From: Lingula anatina
Taxonomy: Eukaryota > Animalia > Brachiopoda
Length of the DNA stretch: 64,000 nucleotides
Reading direction: 5' to 3'
Assembly (NCBI GenBank): GCA_051362555.1
Contig: CM120642.1
Span: 6,572,001-6,636,000 of the forward strand
A program made the position numbers and the translations under genes. Positions 56,723-64,000 of the stretch are shown here, in pieces (the stretch's first letter is position 1; the number at the start of each line of letters is the position of its first letter). The notes under the pieces were generated by a model. That model had not been told where the DNA came from, ran no database searches, and saw only the letters and a list, made by a program, of their open reading frames with translations.

Positions 56723-57690
56723 GACTAGTTTATGGACTGACCAGTTCCATGACTGATTGACTAGTTTATGGACTGACCAGTTCCATTACTGATTGACTAG
56801 TTTATGGACTGACCAGGGGCCGGTTTCACAAAGCAGTAGTTAGTTAGAACAACTAACTACTGAACTACCTCGCTAACGAGCAAACTTAGCGATTTTCGAG
56901 GGGTGTTTCACGAAGCAGTAGTTAACTTATCGCTAAGTTCAGTCGTAAAGTTCGGTCGCTAGTTCTCTCGTTACTCACCGTAGTCTCGAAACCGTCTGCC
57001 GGAAGTGGAACTCTTGCGTAAAAGTGTCACGAAAGCACTAACTCTCCAATTTTTGGTGACTGGAAATGCATAAGAACGTCTGCTTTGAGGTCGTCGTAAA
57101 GAATCTCCACCACCTTTTTGCCGCTCTTTTTGTCACAGCTAGGCATAACCTCTCGTAAATTGCATCATCGTGTGTATATTCTAATAGATTCTGCCTTTCA
57201 TGAAAACGCCGTAGTCTACGTTGCCGTCTGGCGGTACGGATAGCAAGAAAGGTAGCCGCCATATTGGATACAAAGACAAACGACAGACAACGGTAACTAA
57301 GCAACCTTTTTATTTCACTCATTACGCATGCGTACGATGAAACTCTAGAGTTAGCGACTGCTCTGACCAGTCGTTAAATATCCAAGGTAACAACGAGACA
57401 ATAACGAGCGAGAGAACTAGCGACTGCTTCGTGAAACGGCACTATAACTAGCGAGAGGCTAACTACCGATCGCTAACTAACTACTGCTTTGTGAAACCGG
57501 CCCCAGTTCCATGACTGATTGACTGGTTTATGGACTGACCAGTTCCATGACTGATTGACTGTTTTATGGACTGACCAGTACCATGACTGATTGACTGTTT
57601 TATGGACTGACCAGTACCATTACTGATTGACTGGTTTAGGGAATGATTAGTACCCTGACTGACTGGTTCACTGACTTACTGAATGACTGA
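56723..57690. repeat. 36-bp minisatellite (GACTAGTTTATGGACTGACCAGTTCCATGACTGATT), about 6-7 units, split by the Harbinger element
   Basis: Units at 56723, 56759 and 56795; the array resumes in register at 57507 and decays into GACT-like 4-mers. Confidence 0.9.
56817..57503 (-). mobile_element. Non-autonomous PIF/Harbinger DNA transposon (687 bp)
   Basis: Perfect 31-bp TIRs GGGCCGGTTTCACAAAGCAGTAGTTAGTTAG, internal TTTCACGAAGCAGT subterminal copies, 3-bp TSD CAG (56814-16 and 57504-06). Internal ORF from ATG 57262 resembles a Harbinger transposase N-terminus. Confidence 0.88.
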
Positions 57691-59448
57691 CTGGCCAACA
57701 GCTAGGGCCTACAATAGGTTGAACGAATGGCCTTTCAATCAATTAATTAATCAATCATATATTTCAACATATTAGAATACATCATAATTGCACATGCACT
57801 GGTATATGTATATTCCTCTCTTTTTCCACCGACACCACCCGTGGGGCCAAACGTCATCGACACTGAAAACTCCATGTGCCCCCATTTTATGAACAGAGTG
57901 ACATTAATTACCATCGTAAACGAACGTGCAATGCTCGTTTTATATAGATTAGAACGTTAAACGTCCCATAATTAGATATTACATTTCGCGTCCGCGGTGA
58001 GTAATTCATTTTCTCTTCGGTAATTGTTTTACCACGACAAACTGAGTGATGCACTGTACGATATGTAGGACGACATCTATCATTACTGGCAATCAATATA
58101 CACTTTAATTCATCAAGACTGAACTTTTTATGTCGCTAAAAGATAAAAGCATTTGTGATAGCCGAAATAACATAAGGGCTACCTCAAAAGTTATATTAGA
58201 ATATGATGCAATATGTGTCTGATAAAGTAAAGAAAAGCCTGCTACTGGGGAAAGAAATAGGTAAATTAACACTAATTTTAAACAATTTGGCCAAAGGCTA
58301 CATGTAGGACTTTCTCAGTGTTAGTTTCATTGTGGCTGGTTGACTAAATTGCACCTTAAATTTCTTTGGGTAAATATACATGTACATATAAATATGATAT
58401 TTGAGCCCGCCTCTCTCTCTCTCTCTCTCTCTCTCTGTATATATCTGCGCCGGCTTTTGACCGGTCCAAAATATCAAATGCCGTCTTATACAGTATATTG
58501 AAAAAACACATACATGACGGGATTCATTTAGACCTCTACATGTACAGGGCAAATACATCAAATTTTCAAGGAAAGGGAAAGCTAAAAATGTCATTTTACA
58601 TATTCCGTCACAAAATTTCGAGCCAAAGGTTTTCCTAGAAAAATTTTATCACAATTTTATCACAAATTTTTACTCGACCTATTTCAGAGGGGTTTGACGT
58701 TTTATATCGTTTCTAATTAAATTTTGTATTCTGTCAAGAGCTTGTATTGACAATGCTGTTTACCTCTAGTGTTTAGTTTGAAAAATATTTCAATGCGAGC
58801 TGTAAATTGAAGAAAAACAATCACTGCTTTGTTTTCTCTGCTATCTCATAGGCAGCTCATGCATCTTGTCTCACACTCACGCTCTGCTTCCATTTCACAA
58901 TTCCTCAACACCATATTCTAAAGATTTGATGACTGAAGCGCGACGCCGATATGACAGCATCACAAAAGGAGGATTTTATTTGTGTAGGCCACCTGTGTAT
59001 AGTCGATTGCTAAGATTGATAAGCTGCGAAGCTTTTATTACGTTTTTTGCGGTTAGTATATACCCCGAGTGTCGTTCCAGCTGATCGAAGGTTAGCTTGT
59101 TTACCTCGATAACCCTAACCGTCAATAGAGAACAGTCAGTTGAAGATTTTGCGTTTTTAAATAAGTAGAAACCAAGGCACTTGCTGGATATCTAGAATTA
59201 TTTATATAGAAATATACACAACTTATGACCAAACTACATGCACTTCACAAATAATATTAATAAAGAAATTTGTCATATGTCATATTAAGAATAACCAATA
59301 TCTAAAGTAACCGCCAATTAGGTGCTAATGATAGGGGATTGCTTAAATCAACAACTAATTAACCAATCAACGGGCTATTTAAGAGAATAAAAACAATCAC
59401 ATCTGGTCTAATAACCCACTGGGTTGTAGCGGTGCTGCATGCACCACA

Positions 59449-59618
59449 CAGGGGCGGATTTAGGCCGTCTTCTGGGTCTTCCGGAAGACGGTCAGATTAT
59501 CAAGTTTACATTGACGGGTATCTAATTTTTTTTCTGTCGGAAGACGGTCAAAAATGGTGGATGGATCAACAAAGATAATTTGGAAGGCTGTCAGAAAACA
59601 TCTCTGAATCCGCCCCTG
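59449..59618. mobile_element. hAT-like MITE with 5-bp TSD (CCACA)
   Basis: TIR CAGGGGCGGATT(t/c)AG, repeated GGAAGACGG subterminal motif, CCACA on both flanks. Confidence 0.85.
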
Positions 59619-61381
59619 CCACAGAACACAGGCTGTGAAGTTACAAATAAACTGATTTGGTATTCATGTGACGTCAGTGCGACCTAGCCGGTTCGGGTTT
59701 AAATTATACTGCGTCTTCCTGGACCTTTAACCACAAAACTTTAAAAAGCAGCCAAAGTCGTTGGTTTCTCCAGGCTTTTGTTTTCGGACAGATAAAAATT
59801 GAACTCCACACAGAAAGACCGCATTAACAAAGAGGAAGTGCAGTGCCGTATGTTCATCTCTCTAAGGTTAATGTGTGTACATTTCCCCAATGACTTAACC
59901 AAATGTTTGATAAAAAAGAAGGGTTCACTGCTCCTTGGCAATGACTTTTTTTCACCATAGCTTTTAGTGGGCTGAAATGTTGCATTTGCATGCTAGCGCG
60001 TCGGTAAATTTTCAAAGGATTGAGTCACACATTTACATACAACCTATGACAAAGTACTTTACATTAGCTACAATCATATTCTCTAAAAATTAAAGTAATT
60101 TTAGAGGAAACCAGACGTACATGATAACAATAAACGTAGATTTTACTGGCTTGAGATATTGAATCCAATTACAAAAGAATATGTATATTTTCTGACATTT
60201 GGGGTAATATATTATAATTGAGTGGAAATATATGCTATATTATTATTTATTGACTTTTTCAAATCGCACTTGTATTCCTTCAACATTTTAAATATTTTTC
60301 CATTCACAAAAATAAGAGCAGGTTAATCAAATTTCTTTTTACAGGGAATTAAATAACTGTATCCAAAAGTAAGATCCAATAGAGACTCCAAGAAGCCTTG
60401 CTTTCTGCATAAGAGATAATGAATATAGCAATTTCATGAACAGGTTCATGCAAGAGCAAAGTGATCTTTTCCATATCTTTTGTTCAGAAAGCAGGCACAA
60501 GACGTTATTTATTCAGTCCGTCACACAATTAAGTATCAGGATTGACGTTTGTATACACGTCAACTACAATTCTTGATTTGGAGAAAAAAGTAACAGACTC
60601 ACGTTTCAATTAAGATGACAACTTGTCACATTAGCCTGCGGTTTATCAATACCATTAAATTAGTACCTCAGATGACACCATAAGCAATAACAGTTTCTAG
60701 AGAAGAGGGATGCCTTTTGCTACATACTTTATAATATCTTAAACATAAACACCTTTTCGAAGAGTGAGATGTTGGTGTTGTGCAGAGGGGGTGGTATTTC
60801 AGTAATGGCTGGTCGTTTAAATTCGTGTACTTGACCTTCGATGCAGCTGTTTCCACACAGGCCGTGTGACTCAAAAAATTCAAACCTGTTTTAACTACTG
60901 CTGAGTCACACGAAACCGTTATGGCAGAAAAGACCGTTCAATACGTATGTTGTGCATAAAATCAGTAAGTCATGTTTTACTTGAATACAATTTTTAGCAC
61001 GATGAAATAGTCACTCAGAAGATATGTTTCCCTCAGCACTACGGATAAAAAAGTAAACGTAAATCACGAAATCAATTATGGGATAAAAATCACTGTTTTA
61101 CGAAGGAAAGGAAAGCTTTTCTTATTATTCCATAAATGAGGACGAATTTCCAGGAATTTCAGTTTAGCACCTCAGTACCACAAAGGGACCGGAAAGCCAC
61201 GGAGGATAGGCTTAAAGTTATTTTTATTTCCCACGACCCCACCAAGTGCATGTTTTTTCATCTACTGCTTTAACCTACTCATTTTTGCTAATTGCCTAAC
61301 CAACTTCACTGAATATATAATCCAAGATACAGCAGTACAAACAAGCAAGAATGGTATAGATGTAATAATGATGTGAGGATA

Positions 61382-61384
<3 letters not shown>

Positions 61385-61442
<58 letters not shown>
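61385..61442. repeat. (AT)n microsatellite
   Basis: Directly visible. Confidence 0.95.
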
Positions 61443-61445
<3 letters not shown>

Positions 61446-62654
61446 CATAAGTGTGCTTTCTTTACAACATTTTTTCAAATAAAAATCTGTTTTGACATAT
61501 ACATATTTAATATACACATCCACCTGGACACAAATATAAACAGCACACACAATTATCAAACAACACGCAATAACAACATAAACATCACCTACATCATGTA
61601 TATATATGTATATGGCACAGGCACGCACGCACACATACATACACACAAACATACACACACATGCATATTCCGTATTGGCAGCATGCTTCATGTGCTACGG
61701 AGAGCTAATTCCTGACTTGACTTCATATCGATTCCCGGGCCACGACCTCGGAGCAGCTGATACTTCTACCGTGACGCCTAGCCTAACTTACAACTTCTTC
61801 AACACAAAGCATTTAAATTCTTCTCAGTAAATTGATTCAGTAAATATCTCCAAATAAACCTCTTCCATAAATTCATGTACACCATATACAGACATACTCA
61901 TGTGTTTGTATCTGTGTATGTTACAAGGGTCGAGGACAGCTAAACGATTTTTTGTGCCATAACTATCAATAAATCTCCGGACATAATCGAGTCAAAAACG
62001 GTTCATTTTGTACACACGCCGTGTGGCAACATAATTATGCGTCATCATTCTAGGTTCACAGCATGTTGTCGAGCTTAGCTTCATAAACTGATTGCAATTA
62101 ATCCAAGGTAATTGACAGACCATGCTGAGGAACGACTGGTGTTTAATCTGATCGATATACTTTTCGCTTCGATTAAAACCTAATACCCTTGTGCGGCACA
62201 AATGAATCGGTTTTGGGAAGGCTTGCGTGATCCGATCTAATGCAACATGCACGTTTATCGACAGTTTTATCATCCGTAGCTTCCAAGATTGACTGGCGTT
62301 CCGGAGAGTGTACAGGTGGTAAACTCATTTAAATCACCCTGACGAACGTCAACGTGGCTATTCTTTTTACCGTCCGTGTTAAATAATTCCAACCTGTTCG
62401 TGTATAAAACATCAATAAGACCATGCACCACGTGAAAATTTGCTAGGAATAAGGAGTAGTAAAACTAGGCTGATTTAAATTAAAACAAGTTATTCAATAT
62501 CTATGGCCTGTAAATGAGGACATATGTCAGAATGTACTAATTACAAAGTCCACGCAAACTTCGTAGTGTAAACTCAGTGTGACAGGAAGAATATGTTTGA
62601 TCAATTGGCGGAGATATATCGTAACTATTTCCTAAATAAAAACAAATAGGCATA

Positions 62655-62700
<46 letters not shown>

Positions 62701-63298
62701 CTTGTCATGCTAGTTCGATCACATAACATGTATTTCCTTCATTTGAAAAGCGTTCCGATATTTTACACGTACCTCATTTTCTAGCTATAGTGTACCAATG
62801 AACTCAAATGCACTGTACAATGTGCCTCAATACTTTGCCAGTAGCCCTCAGCTAGTCTGACTTTGTGTACCGTGTAACGTTTGGCTGACTTAAGGTTAAC
62901 AAGGAGAAAACACATAAGCTCTTATATGTAACATCGAAGAACGTTGAATAATATATTAAGCCTCAGCTTTGCAGGGCTTGCGGACAATGAGTTTTTGTCC
63001 ACTTTACAAATTTGCACAAAATGAAATCCTGCAATATTTGATAAAAGTGCATTAAAACAGATGTACGAAGGTGATACAGACTATCATATATTGTCAGACT
63101 CACAACTTTGAAGGGGTTAGAGTGGGCAAAATTCGTTTCCTATCAGGTGGCAAGCCCGGTGTAACAGGGGCTTAATCCTGCATGAACTTGTACCGTGCAT
63201 TGTCTTAAACGATATGTTTCCTCAAAACTTGGCTATTTTAATATATATTTGAACATTTGAACAAATGAACATAATACCAATAATTCCAATTAACTTAC

Positions 63299-63570
63299 CC
63301 CTCGTCCCCGCCCTCAAAGAAACAAGTACATCTCTGTTGCCCAGGAGGGACTTGCAGCCACTTGCCATCGGCGCCAATATTCACGCTGCGCGTTGCCTCG
63401 CGGCGCCGTCGTTTCTTGATCGACGAGAACGCCCGGCGCAGCAAGCCCGGCTTTTCCACAAACGGATCCGTGTCGTTTGACTCCTCAATGAGCTGAATTT
63501 CCACCATGGATCGACTCTCCCTCGGCATCATGGAGAGATTCGGCGGGCACAAAGAATTTTCGTCTGCCAT
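63299..63570 (-). CDS. GARNL3: Candidate alternative first coding exon A (MADENSLCPP...LLRRAFSSIKKRRRRE...FEGGDE)
   Basis: Most GC/CpG-rich part of the window, acatcATGG start after an in-frame upstream stop, 90 codons plus 2 nt, consensus GG|gtaagt donor in phase 2. Confidence 0.75.
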
Positions 63571-64000
63571 GATGTCGTACGGTGTGTACTTGCTCTTGCA
63601 ATGAACTGTTGCAGACGCCCTGAGGACTTCCGCGGTTTTCGTCGAAGCGGAGGCTATTAAAACGTGCGCAGTGTGTTGAGGGCGGTGACCTTCTCTGTGC
63701 TGGTGAAGAAGCGTTCATTCCATTCAACAACTCTTGCGTGGGCTTACGCAGGATCGGGTGTCTTTTGTGATCGTTTTGTGGTTGAGGAATCTTATCTTGT
63801 AACGCCACCTTTTGAACGTTGACTTTCGAGCGGGCCACCTCGTTTTTTTCCTGGCTGCGGCCCAATAAAGGAAGCGCTTATGACGCTGACACTCGCTATA
63901 CAAAACGCCTGTACACAACAAACGACTGTCACAATATTAGTGACTTAACCCCGTAACCAGCCCAGCTGAGTGCGAGGTTATAAATAAATATATGATCTTA

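Larger units (their letters stand above)
83..63570 (-). other. GARNL3: GARNL3 gene span (GTPase-activating Rap/RanGAP domain-like 3), 3' part continues beyond the left edge
   Basis: The spliced translation of 14 exons matches GARNL3 motifs I recognise: [98 protein letters not shown]. The 5' limit depends on the candidate first exon at 63.3-63.6 kb. Confidence 0.93.

Noticed and set aside
56723-57690. 36-bp repeats resembling a CRISPR array in unit length
   Set aside because: Units are contiguous with no spacers, there are no cas genes, and the context is a eukaryotic intron.
63975-63992. TATA-like TATTTATA upstream of first exon A
   Set aside because: Common in AT-rich DNA, at the window edge, and there is no TSS evidence.

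Overview
AT-rich animal genomic DNA, probably a marine invertebrate (inferred from composition and repeats). It has no prokaryotic features: no operons, CRISPR array, rRNA or tRNA. The window holds the 5' two-thirds of one minus-strand gene, GARNL3 (RapGAP-domain protein). I traced 14 shared coding exons by hand from 10210 down to 83 (1357 nt). All have GT-AG boundaries and matching phases, and the catalytic RKRHIGND motif is intact; the gene runs off the left edge. One intron (2136-2676) has U12 minor-spliceosome signals. The 53 kb upstream holds four candidate alternative first coding exons (63570, 41518, 23587, 11907). Each ends in a phase-2 donor compatible with the shared acceptor at 10210, and each encodes an R-x-[FY]-[ST] basophilic phospho-motif. 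The introns contain a 5'-truncated L2/CR1-group LINE with an open ORF, a PIF/Harbinger derivative inserted into a 36-bp minisatellite, two small Harbinger-like MITEs, three hAT-like MITEs with 5-bp TSDs, foldback elements, a ~170-bp inverted repeat pair and many microsatellites. Most ORFs in the supplied track are spurious. All homology calls are from memory, not from database searches.
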